Positions 1 to 11,710 of a stretch of DNA of 64,000 nucleotides are shown here, piece by piece. The notes below the pieces were generated by a model, which did not search any database, was not told the DNA's origin, and saw only the letters and a list, made by a program, of their open reading frames with translations. Source of the stretch: Phoronis australis (lineage: Eukaryota; Animalia; Phoronida); NCBI GenBank assembly GCA_002633005.1, contig NMRA01000031.1:781185-845184 (forward strand), in the 5' to 3' direction. Within the stretch, counting starts at the first letter, position 1; each line of letters starts with the position of its first letter. The position numbers and the translations under genes are program-made.

Positions 1-526
1 CCTCCTTTGGACAGTGAGGAAGTTATCCACCTCCCGCATTTTTGTGATGTGTATCTAGAGACTCGTGTATTTAATGTTAAGTGAGTTCTGAATTCCACTA
101 ATTAGAGATTTTGTGCAACTCGAAATCACGTTTATATATGATTTTCATTTATTATAGCGATAAATACATTTTACAATTTTTACATCAATGAGAATTGTCA
201 ATAGAATCCGGAGAAATTTGTACTATTTTTATCGTGTGGACAAACGAAAATAAAACTCATTTATCATCGATAGATTCTGACTTGCATGTATACGTATTCT
301 TTCTTCAAGTGATGTGTTTACATTTCGCCCGTTTCCACGAGTAACGTGAGTGTCATTGCGCGTAGTAATGCTGGTCATGACAGCGTGGAGTAATAAATGA
401 ACGCTAAGACAATTTCCAGTAGAATAGCCTTGCTTGAATAAAACATTAGTTCAAGTTTAGACTTTCATTGATCAGCAATAGACTCGCATTAATTATAATT
501 GGAGCCTTCAAAGAGGTTGTTTGTAT

Positions 527-616
527 GCATGCGTTTGTATGCATACGTGCGTGCATGTGCGTCTGTGTGTGTGCATGTGAGTATATGTGTATGTATATAT
601 ATATATGCACATGCAT
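527..616. repeat. Degenerate (TG)/(TA) dinucleotide microsatellite
   Basis: Alternating purine-pyrimidine run gcatgcgtttgtatgcatacgtgcgtgcatgtgcgtctgtgtgtgtgcatgtgagtatatgtgtatgtatatatatatatgcacatgca. Confidence 0.75.
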
Positions 617-888
617 AGCCAGAAGTATTCAACTGTATTAAACGTGGGGACAGGCGTGATGGATCGACTGAGCGATGACGTGTAGCTACCGTCGCGGTTG
701 AGTGGTTTACATAGCAGACCGTGCATACGTCAGTGTATTTATGCATGAACATGTGTGTTTACCTTTAATGTACATATATAGCAGGTCTTGATTCTCCCTC
801 CCGGTGAATGTCGTGTCAGCAGGCGGGTCAACTATCCAGAATATTTAATTGGTTTCCGATGACGATTTCCAAATAACTAGCCTATCAA

Positions 889-1041
889 GGCTGGGTTGCA
901 TAAATCTTCAAAGTTATGCGCTGGATAAATTTGATTATTGCATGACGTCAGGCAGGTGCAATATTCAACAATAACAACGTGGTGCATGATAATGTGACGT
1001 CATTGGTGCTATACGGCGTATAATTTTTATGCAACTGGGCC
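889..1041. mobile_element. Small MITE, PIF/Harbinger-like
   Basis: Imperfect TIRs ggctgggttgcataaa ... tttatgcaactgggcc, flanked by caa/cag (degenerate 3-bp TSD). A similar terminus (gcccggttgcatgaaa) occurs near 46851. Confidence 0.55.
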
Positions 1042-1425
1042 CAGGGAGCCTATCTTATTAACTTGCGTAAGCCGGAGCTGAGTTCCATAGACCGCATAAC
1101 ACTAGCTTGCACTCGCGGCGAAAAGTTTTCAATTTTTGCAACGGAAACAGTGAATTCGGTCCCATAATTCAACATTCCAACCACACCGATCAATCACTTC
1201 AGTGGCCGTCATTTTACTAGGACAGGCTAACACTACTTGTAGCTCCCGAGCGTTCTTGCGAAACTCGTTTTTCATGCGCGTGGTTTGCGAGCTTTTGTTT
1301 TTTGTAAGAAGTAATCATGGTCTACGGAACGCTCTCCAGCAATGCGTTCCGCAGACAATTAAGAACACCACGAAAACACAAGATCAAGTAAGACTGTGCG
1401 AGATATCGCTTTGCATTAAAAGCGA

Positions 1426-2006
1426 CTCACTGGTCCCCTGCGTGCCGCTAGGTAGTCAGTAGCCAGCACGCAGGTATCACTTAATTTTCCTCGGGAAATG
1501 TTTTTACACCGGCGTTTCTGATTGGCTAGTCCAATTCTCAGCAGGCAGCGCTAGATACTCTATAGTCTATGCTAGCATGACTGATGGACTGAAGTGTAAA
1601 TGTGGTCTGTTGTACAGACAAATCGGTGCTCAAAATTTAGGAAATGTGAATCCTAGAAATTGTGGTTGCGCCTTTTCGGAATGCATCTTTCTACTGTCTA
1701 TGTCTTTTGTTTACGGTATTGTCCTGTATTCATAAAGTATGAATAAAACATCGGTTAAATCGGCCAGATATGTGTTTATTGTACATGTATGTGCTTCAAG
1801 CACGCAGCTATTAAATATCACTGCAGAAACGAAATAGTTGTTGGGACGCCACTTGCATGACAAGACTAAAAATCGTTCACAGTCCGCCATTTTTGCACGG
1901 TGTTGTAAAGCTAACCAATGACTGCTGAGGTTACATCAACCAATGCTAAAGCGCGTGCCACTGCGTGATACCTGTGTGCTGGCTTGGCACGTAGGGGACC
2001 AGCGAG
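1426..2006. mobile_element. Non-autonomous DNA transposon (MITE), 9-bp TSD, copy 1
   Basis: 21-bp TIRs ctcactggtcccctgcgtgcc / ggcacgtaggggaccagcgag (2 mismatches). Exact direct repeat taaaagcga at 1417-1425 and 2007-2015. Homologous to 11353-11710. Confidence 0.85.
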
Positions 2007-3601
2007 TAAAAGCGAAGCACGTGATCCCGCGAGCTTTAATGTCGAAATACCTAACGCTGCACGAGTAAGCGAATCAAGCGTAGCCTATGTTTTTGGATGT
2101 CGGTGTAAGATAAAAGTATTATGTCCTCAATAAATGTCTTGCACAAAGCATGTTCTATAGTACATGAATAATCCTCTGTATATCAGGGCGAATGTCACTT
2201 TCTTAGACAGCACGATGCACAGTTCAAATAAAAATGTCATCAGGGAGGAACTGATTTAATTTGACGTATACGCATCGTTAACTACGAAGCAAACCAAATT
2301 ACTGTCAAAAAGCCTAGTCATTTGTGAGACAATTGACTGTCTTTGCGTTAATAGTTTGCCCGAAGACCATCTTAACTGTTTCTTATTTTAGGTGTTTCGT
2401 AATTCAGTAATCCGTTTGTTATTGATTTCTACAGAAGAGAATACGATTTTCATCAAATTTTCACATTGCTACAAGGAACACGTTCTGATTTATACGACGT
2501 TCTTGTTTGTTTGTTTGTGCGTTTGTTAAACGAGAAACAAATGAATGAGATTGCGCGTGAGTTCGCGAGCTCAGAAATTTGCATAATCAAACTAACACAA
2601 CTTGAAAGATAGCACGTGTGGATTTGGTTGCTACCATATGTTTTGACCAGCACTATGGGCACACCAATGTGATAAACTGACAAATGTAATGAGCCATTAG
2701 CTTTATTGACTAATTGGTTTACGTGAGAATCGTTACAATACAACTGCTTTTGGTCTTTTGGTCTTTGTTGTGCGTTTACGCAATATGACCCAAAAGACAA
2801 CTACGAGCCTGGTTTTGAGTCGCATTTTCTTGTGTTGTTAAAATATGAGTGAGGTTACTTGGGCAGTCCAATAAACCTAAAATATCAAATATAATAACCG
2901 TACAAGGAAGATTTTTAAGTGACACTTGCAGGCTAATTTCAGTGACGGCGTGGCCAAATTGGTTAGAAACACAACATGTAGCGACGATGTGAATATGAAG
3001 TAGGTAGAAAATTGTCAAATGTTTTTAAAGACAAGTTTTGTGGCGAAAATGTTCCGTCGCAAATCACTGAACCGTGTTCAGTAAAGCTGATTTACGGTGC
3101 GTGTTGTCACGGGGCTACTTGCTCATATTTAGTCGCATTTACGCGACATTAGATCGTAAACTGGATCAGTATGAGTTATTTACACAAATAATGTCTGCGC
3201 ATGCTCGCATAAACAATAGCGTACGTCTAAACCAAGTAGAGTGCCAGCGGATCACCCGTATATATGTTCAAGCGCATTGAAAATGGTCCCCTTCCGCCTT
3301 TCCCCAGTTTGTGTTTAGACGAGAAGTTGACACTAGAGCAACTGATCGAGTGCAATTCGCTCTACCTCTCAAACCGGTGTGAAAAATGGCCGCCGCGGTG
3401 TCAACTTGCTCAGTGTCAGTCACACACTTGCGCCCGATCAGCTGATCCGTGTTAGTTGCTCCGTGACAGCTGTCTCCCGTGTAAACGCGGCTTTAATAAG
3501 AATCGTAGAATAAGAAACGTGGTGCTGGGGAATAACACTGCATGATGCGGGCTATGTGACCCCGCGAGGTTCGTCATTAGTGCTGTAGTGTAGTATTTGC
3601 A

Positions 3602-3754
3602 GGCGTGCGTTCAGTAAACGCTAGGACCTACGCTAGGACCTAGCTAAAACCTAGTCAAAGTCACGTGTTGTTATTTAAAATACACGGCAATATCTCGCGT
3701 AATCTCGCGAAGTCTTGCTTTTTAGCGAGGTCCTAGCGTTACTGAACGGGAGGC
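3602..3754. mobile_element. MITE, PIF/Harbinger-like
   Basis: Inverted repeats cgttcagtaa(a)cgctaggacct ... aggtcctagcgttactgaacg with cag on both sides. An inverted second copy lies at 6926-7046. Confidence 0.75.
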
Positions 3755-6700
3755 AGATTTCTTGTTTTCACGCTTACAAGTTGTCAATGAATACAACTGC
3801 ACCTTGCTTACTTCCTGATACACAGCAGCATACATGTAGTTAGGAGCATCTTTAATATGCCAAACTAATTACCACGTGCAAAACTGCTCCTCGAAAAACA
3901 GGACTGTAACTTGCTTCAACCCATGAATTATTGGTTCTGACAAACGTAAATTTGAGCAAGACTCTTTATTGGCGTACGTACTTATTCCAACATTTCCGGT
4001 ACACCTTCCAGTAGGATCCGACTTTCTAATAGAAGTCAGTCGTTAATAGAAGCCGTGGGATTAGGTACGCTGAATGCACCAAACCTCTATTTTTATTCAG
4101 TTTTCTAGAAGAACACGATATCTTGACTGAGTTTGATGCGGCGGGTGTTTTTTTGTTTTTTATTTTACTCAGTGAGCGCAGGTCTGAACTCAAGTGAGTG
4201 AAGGTGATAACTAGAATCAACTACATGTATGTTTTTGACCTAATAACCTCTCTAGTTGTGCGCCCGGGCAATGAACCCAAATGGTGACGATAGGGGACAT
4301 CTCAAATTACTAGGACCTTAAGACTTTTTTAAATTAGTGATCTCAACAAACCATTATCCGGCATCGCGCATCTTACAGGTTTGCAAGTTAATTCTGAATC
4401 ATTATCAGCGGAGTTAAGATTGCAAACATACTTCTACTACTACACTGAAACGACGTTCATATGCCGCCTGGTCAACAGGCATGTCGGACGTCAGATTCTT
4501 TGCCTGGTGTTTTTTCTTACTGTCCGCCCTCGAATCAGACGACAGATCTGCCTTCATACCCGTCGGAAACCCTCGGGTATTTTCGTATTTCCAGATTCAT
4601 CTACGTTGTTGGCCAACATTAGCTTGTATTATCTTATTGATTTCCGGTCCGTTATCTCCTCATGTAACCACGTGCGGTATTTTCGGACGAAAAAAGGCAT
4701 GACATATCTTACAATGTCGTGTATATAAAGCATTGCATATGGACTAGTTCTGCTTTGGAAATCTGTGCCTCGTTGTTTCTTCTTCCCTTACTCATAATTG
4801 TCGAACTATTTTTGAACGGCTCACGAAATGTCGTCCATTTCCACCACATGCTGTTTGAGACACAACTTAGTTCGCCGGGCTGCTAAGCGTTAGTACTACC
4901 AAACGTGATTGTTTACAGAAAGATTCTGAATAAACAGCAAATTATCTGAAAATCTCATTTTGTTACTGAAATTTCACAGGTTTGGGAAGTACACGATTAG
5001 ACACGATTAGTCGGTGATCGCTTCTTGCAAGAGACATCTCTCTCGCTAAAGCACAAAATCGCCACGTGTCCTAGACTCACGAGACAGTCGTTGACTGCGC
5101 GCTCTAGTGACCAAACCCTTTGAAGGGAACTACTTTCTACGCAAACTTTTGTGCACGATATGAGAAAGGTAATACACCCCAATGTTGGCTTACGTAGAAA
5201 GGTGAAGATCTTGGGTTATATTCCGAGAGTGCAAAAATAGCAAACACTATCTTATTCCCTATAGTGACTGTCGTGCTTTTAGTTGTCAAATTTATTAAAC
5301 TAAACAAAACTTAATCAACCATAGGTATTATTTAATTGTGTTATATTATATTATCAGTACTGTACATTTTAAGTACATGTAGGCAAGTACCCAGTATATC
5401 GACGAAACTTCACTAGGAGGTCGTCTTTCATACACTATGACAATGTTTTCTATCGTTATTGTACACTGCTAATTGTTTCCCGTCCTTCATTCTTTGTAAC
5501 CGGTAATAAATGTGCTGTGGGAAGAACAACATCGCTTCTAGAGTATTCCAGTTGAAACTAGAAAACAACGTACTGTTGAACCTGTCTATCACTAGGCGTC
5601 TAGCTTGAGCCTTTGCCGTCAGTTCGAACTCGTTTGTCAAACATGAAGGACGTTTTTTGACATTCGTCGATTTGCATTTTCCTGTTGCAAGCCGAAATTC
5701 TACACGTAGTCAATAAAAAATTCGTGTAGTCTTTGTTTTTACGTCAAGTGTTTCAAATGTAAAAAACAAGTAGTACATTTCCACGGCTTATTAAATACAG
5801 AATGGTGAATTTTTGAAGTACAAAACGGAATTTTATTATCAGAAATATGGCGATTGTCATTCACTGTTCAAAAATTGATATCTTCAGAAACAAAACAGAC
5901 GAAATTGGATATTTATTGTTTTCAACAAGTTGGCACGGAAATGGTCTCCAGGAATAATAGTGTCAAAAAGATGGAACGAATCCGGGTCTGATGCACGCTT
6001 GGCACGTGTTGCTCAGTTAAACAAATCTTTTCCGCGATTCCTGTTTTTTCTTTCAATCGCATTGTTGCACTAATGTGCCTGAACTGGTAATCTGCGCTGA
6101 TATTTGCCTATGGTGTTTATTTTATACTGAATATCAATACAGTTAAGAGTGGTGATTTTTCTTGTTACTATTTTCGCCATTTCAGTGAGGTTTAGTTTAC
6201 AGTCGATGGTTTTTTATTGGAACAGTGCATCAGTGATTTACATATCCTTGTTGAATAAGAGCAACTTGAGCAAAAACCTTTGATTGCTAACCGTCTGAGG
6301 AAAGGCTAACACCAATATAGTTGCGTGCTGATGTTAAAGCAGAAAAAGTCGTCTTGCAATGCTTTTTTCGTGGGTTCGATGTATTTATTACGCGTCGAAA
6401 GTCTGGATGAAGTTATATTTTAATCAGTAAAATGTTCACAGAAAGCACGAGCTGCTCTGTCACCTCTCGGGTGAGTCTCAATTCTACAATACTTGTGAAC
6501 TGAACGAGGTCAGGAGAAGTCAGCTTTGTGCGATTGCGCACAAAGGTATCTTGAAGGTAATCATTTCCACAGAAAATATCACCTGGAGCTAGATATATTT
6601 GGCGTCATCTTAACACTCAAGCATATCAACGAGGGCGATTTCCGGTTCGAGGAATATCTCCAGTTGATAGGTCCTTCACGCAATTCTATAGTGAACAGGG

Positions 6701-6925
6701 GTGCGTTCCGCAGACAAAAGGCACTCGTGAAGCAGGCTTGTGTGATAACGTGCGTGGTCGTAATGTATGGCGATATCTCGCGAAGACTTGCGTGGTCTTG
6801 CTTTTCCTGCAAAAAAATTATTCTATGACACGTAGCCCTGACTGTGTGAGGCAATAACAACATTTTCAGTGGATTTCATTAAGGTGGTTTTAAAGTTACA
6901 CTTGGTTCAAACTGGACTTAGACTA

Positions 6926-7046
6926 GCCTCCCGTTCAGTAACGCTAGGACCTCGCTAAAAAGCAAGACTTCGTGAGATTACGGGAAACATTGCCGTGTAT
7001 TTTAAATGAGAACACGTGACTTTGACTAGATTTTAGTTAGCACGCC
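6926..7046. mobile_element. Inverted, partly deleted copy of the MITE at 3602-3754
   Basis: gcctcccgttcagtaacgctaggacctcgctaaaaagcaagacttcg... is the reverse complement of the right part of 3602-3754. Confidence 0.75.
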
Positions 7047-7356
7047 AAGTTTAAAGATAACCAGCATTTTATAAAGGTGGTTTAACTTTTAGACCAGTGG
7101 TCTAGTAAAACCTGGTTTAACTCCAGTTTAGACCTGGTCTAAGTTAATTTTCATTTCACCAACGAGGTCTATATTCCTTAGACCAGGTTTAACTTTAGAC
7201 TTGGTCAGACCCAGGTTTAATACTGTTAAATGTGGCAGAATTGCGCGACATAGGTGCAACTCAATGATGCCACGGTGTGCATTTACGACGCAGCTTTAGA
7301 GCAAGAATGGACTATTTTCAATTTTTAGTTTTACAACGACTCAAGACCAAACGTAG

Positions 7357-7497
7357 CAGGGACCGATCCAGGATTTTTAAAGGGGGGGTTGGATCAAGGA
7401 GGGGGTCCAAGTCAAAAATTTAAATTTGTAGATTTGATATCACTAAAATTAAGGGAAAAAGGGGGTTCGGACCCCTTGACCACTGGATCCGCTTATG
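7357..7497. mobile_element. CA..TG MITE with 5-bp TSD
   Basis: cagggaccgatccagg ... ctggatccgcttatg, flanked by cgtag/cgtac. Confidence 0.6.
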
Positions 7498-7964
7498 CGT
7501 ACACCTGTACGTGTTGCAGGGTGTCCTTCGGATTTCTCAGAATACGACTGGTTGAGCTGGCCGTCATCGCCGTAAGAGCTACGGGTTTGACTGAAGACGA
7601 CATCTTCTGATTCCTCCGATTTAGTACCACCTCCAATTGTCCCCGATTTAACTTTGCCGGGCAGGGGTCTTTCCCCCCGCCTTTGGCCGCAAGAAATAAA
7701 CACTAAAATGACACGGAAATAAATTTTGACATTTATTATGTTGCAGCTAATCGTGAGCGTGTACTTTAATGTGTGTACGTACGTTGGGCACAGGCAATGA
7801 AAAATATCCCCCCGTGATGTCGTGTATCTGCCACTAGGTGCCTCACCGTTTTTATTTGAAATTTTTTCAATGATAAAATTTCCTTTTTGGCCTTCATTTT
7901 TAATGATGTCCTTTAACTGTTTGTCGCTGCATAACTCCTATTGCTGGAACTGTGCAGCCAGTCT

Positions 7965-8107
7965 GGACCAATATCTCTCTAAGTCTGCTGCTTACGTGCA
8001 CTTAATTTGGCACCAATTTTTTTATTCTCTATAACATTGGCTTTTTCTCTGATCAGTTCCGGGAGGGAACATTTTTCCTCATGAGAAAAGCTTTTTGAAC
8101 TTTTTCG
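7965..8107 (-). pseudogene. Myb/SANT-like DNA-binding protein remnant (Harbinger accessory ORF)
   Basis: Minus-strand translation RKSSKSFSHEEKCSLPELIREKANVIENKKIGAKLSARKQQT*RDIG fits the F-x3-E-K-x2-L...ENKK...K-x3-W pattern. The expected Trp codon is TAG at 7979-7981. Confidence 0.7.
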
Positions 8108-8340
8108 CAAATGTCTGCACTGATTCTACTGGTGTGTGTTATTGTATACCCACATGATCAAGGTTTTATTAAATCACTTCAATAGTTATTTTTTGTTGAA
8201 TTAATCCAGATCACCGCAGCATGGCGGCTTGGATACTTTAAACCTGGTTTTACTAAACCCGGCCCTGGTCTAACTAAACCAGGCTTTCAGAGTTTTAAAC
8301 CAGGTTGGTGAAATGCAAGTTTGGTCTAAAATTAGACCAG

Positions 8341-8578
8341 GGCCCCGTTCCAAGAAAACTGACTTAGCTAAAACAAATCTTAAGTTCAGTCTATTTTTTA
8401 AAATCTGTTTCAAGATCATTTCAAAAAAGAGATCTTAAGTTCGACTTAAGTTTTTGTCTTAAGTTTTGTCATAATTTTGATTATCTTATTAGTTGTAGAA
8501 GTTTCAAATCTTGGAATTTGAGACAAATCTTAGACTTAAGTCAAAAATGAACTTAACTCAGTTTCTTGGAACGGGACT
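8341..8578. mobile_element. PIF/Harbinger-type MITE with CAG TSD
   Basis: TIRs ggccccgttccaagaaaactga / tcagtttcttggaacgggact. Exact cag duplication at 8338-8340 and 8579-8581. Internal cttaag-rich subrepeats. Confidence 0.85.
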
Positions 8579-8844
8579 CAGGTTTAGGAAGACCTTTTTC
8601 ATGTAATTTTTAGCAAAAAATAAGGTTCGTTGATTATCTCAGACATATTTTTCACTTAACTACAGGATTTCGTAATTTAATTAATTGCTCGTTCTCTACT
8701 ACGGAAGTGACGTTTTGGGAGGCAAGAATTTCGCGCCAATTTCTTTTCATGTAGTTTGACTGAGAGGTGTCGAGTCAGTCATTGTTCTACCTCGGTTGTG
8801 ATAAGTTTGGTGGTCGTTTGCTTTTGTTTACTAGTCAGTACAAC

Positions 8845-9540
8845 ATGCCACACTGTTGCTGCGTACCGGGATGTACTCATTAACGTCTCACGCGCGCTTT
8901 GGGAGTACCTTTGCATCGCTTTCACTATGAGGATGATACACTTCGCCGTACTAGGCTCGTTCGTGCGAAGAACGGAAAGTTACCCGTCTACACAACGTAC
9001 AAAGCAGTGGAGGGTTACCCAGTGTTTGGCAAGCATTTTCTGCCGTCAGATTTACGAGAGAGATAAGTGCACTGATTTGATGAAGGTCCCTGCGAAACAA
9101 CGCCTGAAGAAGGGTGCCATTCCGTCGCTGTTGATTCCCGACATTGCCCCGTCGCCACCCCAGAGAAATGCGTTTTTGAAGAAGCGAGAAGCCTCGCGAG
9201 CTGTGGCCACTGCTGTAACTGGAGGCACTCCATCTACTATCACCCGTAGCTCCGAAAGTACCCCCAGAGCATGCAATTTCGGGAACTAGCAGAGAGCCAG
9301 TAAGCAGACCTGCAGCGATGCGGAGTAGTGGAAGTGAATACAGGCCCAGTGAAGAGGCTAGTTTGTCGTCCAGTGCACAGATCGGTGAGCCAAACTTTGA
9401 TAAGTTTATTCTGGACTTGTCTAAAGTATTGGAGCTACTTAAATGGGTGCCAGGTGTGTGGCGGGATGTAAGCAGTTTGGGTGCTCAAGTCACCATCCAG
9501 TGGGAGTGCGTCGCGGGACACTCGGGAAAGTGGGACAGTT
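8845..9540 (+). pseudogene. THAP-domain Kolobok transposase N-terminal remnant (stops and frameshifts)
   Basis: MPHCCCVPGCTH*...LHRF...KHFLPSD, then frameshift to QRLKKGAIPSL (THAP C2CH and AVP-box pattern). Downstream KFILDLSKVLELL...GAQVTIQWECVAGHSGKWDS resembles the Kolobok transposase Cys/His region. No DDE core remains. Confidence 0.75.
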
Positions 9541-9541
9541 G

Positions 9542-9699
9542 TGCCTGTGCGTACTCTGCCTCATTATACTCGGGCTCAAACATATACCCACCCACTGACT
9601 GCTCGTGAAAAAAAATTCCTCGTCACCACTGCTATGAACAATGTCTCCGTTACTCACGTCACTACTGTCACGGTAATATGGGTCGCCGACTCCAGACAT
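9542..9699 (-). pseudogene. 5' remnant of Kolobok second ORF (KolX/P2X7-ballast-like)
   Basis: MSGVGDPYYRDSSD...DEEFF, frameshift in the A-run near 9610, then HEQSVGGYMFEPEYNEAEYAQA. The YxFEP motif is typical of the N-terminus of these proteins. Confidence 0.5.
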
Positions 9700-11352
9700 T
9701 CTTAGGTTCACTACAAACTAAAGAATCCCTAAATCCAACGTAATTGGGTTCTCTAACAACCTAGCTTGTTGTAGAATACTTGTCGATGGGAAATTTTAGA
9801 AAAACCGCACGAAAACAAAAGTAGTACAGATCCTCACAGTAAACTCAACGCAGAACCAAATTGGAGCGAAATTTTTGCGTCCCAAAACGTCACTTCCGGA
9901 GTAAAGGACTAGTAATTAATTAAATTACAAAAAGCTGTAATTAAGTGAAAAATATGTCTAAGATAATCAACTAACCTTATTTTTGCTAAAAATGACATGA
10001 AAATGTTCCCTTTGCCTTTAAGTCTAAACCTAGTTTTGTTAAACCACCTTTATGAAATCGGCTGTTTGTGTCATATTTTTAAATCAGTCTCAGTGCCGAT
10101 TTTACAGTTTCGATAAAACTTCGTTCACATATACAGGTAAGTATTTGTCGGCTTTAAATTCGTTTAATAAGATTGATGTCTACACCGATTATTTCGACAA
10201 TTACATGAGAAATGGCCTCTCTCTTTAGATTGCTTACTACCAGCAAATGCTACCTGGCAAGTTTAGATTCGACCATCCGCTGAATATTAACGAACAATAA
10301 TAGAAAAATCGTCTTCGTTGTAGCTGTTATTCCCGTGACTAACTCTCAACGGATAATAACCAGGTCCATTTTTATCACACAGTATTTTTCACATGGTCGC
10401 ATATATTTCGTCACGGACCATATTTCTTTTTTTTCTTTTTTCTCTATATGAATTGCTTATACCCAGCTATCGTACGTACGTGTACATTTTCAAACATTAT
10501 CCCAAGTTCGTGTTCACCATTGTCTCTTGACAGAGTGGGACGCTTTGTAGTTCATTGGAAAAGAACTGTGTTTGTAAAAAAATGAAGTGTACGAGAAAGG
10601 AGAAAAAATATCGTCACTGTTAGTGAGAACGGCTATGCAGTTCGTGAGAGAGGAATATTGATGACTTCTCCGATAATACATTTTGGTAACGCTGACGCAG
10701 GCTAATCCGCATGAAATGCACAAAATTACAATAAAATGCTTATTGTTTATAAACGTTTTAAAATTTTATATATCCACCCCCATACAGCGCCATCTCGTGT
10801 TGTTTTGGTTAATGTTTTGGTGGCACCCTTTGTTTTGTTTTAATACGTGGGTTAGCGTTTCTAATTGTACATGATGAAAGAATGGACCGAATGTCATCCA
10901 TTGATTATTTTAACAGGAAGATAATGCCGCTGTTAACTTGATTTGTTCTAGTTTGAATTTTGTCATTTCGATTTGGCCTAATTAGCCCTGGAGATTTATA
11001 GAAATAAAAATTAGATTCTAATTGATGTCCGCCCTAAGGCTAGTATTCCACTGATTTAACAGGGATTTGTATACAACAAAGACTAGTTTTCATTTTAAAA
11101 AGTTTATTAAACCAAGCGTAAGTAAATACTACATAACCCGGCTCAGTTAGGTCGATATCCATTTCATCATATTTGTTGTCCATTTTTGTCTTTAGGTCCA
11201 TGCGCATGCGTTGTGCCTCTACCCGATTTGAGGCGCATGCACCTGCATAACAATCATTTGAGTAAATCCATGCTTGGGTGAAACAATTCCATTTTTCATC
11301 AATTTTAAAAAGATCTTGTGTTGCCGTTATTTTTTTCCGCGGTAAGCTTATG

Positions 11353-11710
11353 TTCTCTGATTCCCTGCGTGTCGCTAGGTGGTAGAGAACACGCAGGTAT
11401 CATTTAATTTTCACAAGGATTTTTTTTACACCGGCGATTCTGATTGGCCTGGTCGAATTCTCAACAGGTAGCGCTTTACGCAAACGAATTGGCATGACTG
11501 ATTCAAGCACGCGGCTATTAAACATTACTACAGAAACGAAATAGTTGCTGCTACGCCACTTGCATGACAAGGCTAAAATGGCTCATAGTCCGTCATTTTC
11601 TCTCTTTGTTGTAAAGCTAACTAATGACTGCCGAGGTTACATCAACCAGTGATAAAGCGCGTGCTACTGAATGATACCTACGCGTGATCTCTACACGCAA
11701 GGAACCAGCG
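11353..11710. mobile_element. MITE copy 2 (internally deleted relative of 1426-2006)
   Basis: Shares both arms with 1426-2006. Direct repeat gcggtaagcttatg at 11339-11352 and 11708-11721. Confidence 0.8.

Larger units (their letters stand above)
8586..10017 (+). mobile_element. Internally deleted Kolobok DNA transposon
   Basis: About 155-bp imperfect TIRs (8586-8742 / 9858-10017). The right end reads cct|ttaa; the left TSD is degenerate (ttta). Contains a THAP-transposase 5' remnant (+) and a convergent KolX-like 5' remnant (-). Confidence 0.8.
6869..10062 (-). mobile_element. Decayed PIF/Harbinger element hosting four nested insertions
   Basis: Termini gtggatttcattaaggtggttt (6869) and aaaccacctttatgaaatcggc (10062) are inverted. 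Both arms carry arrays of agaccaggtttaa-like subrepeats. A Myb/SANT-like remnant lies inside. Removing the inserts restores the host motif agaccaggtttaa. Confidence 0.7.

Noticed and set aside
8756-9289. 177-aa ORF as an intact THAP gene
   Set aside because: Only its C-terminal part is in the THAP frame. The real start (8845) is in another frame with stops, so it is a transposon pseudogene.
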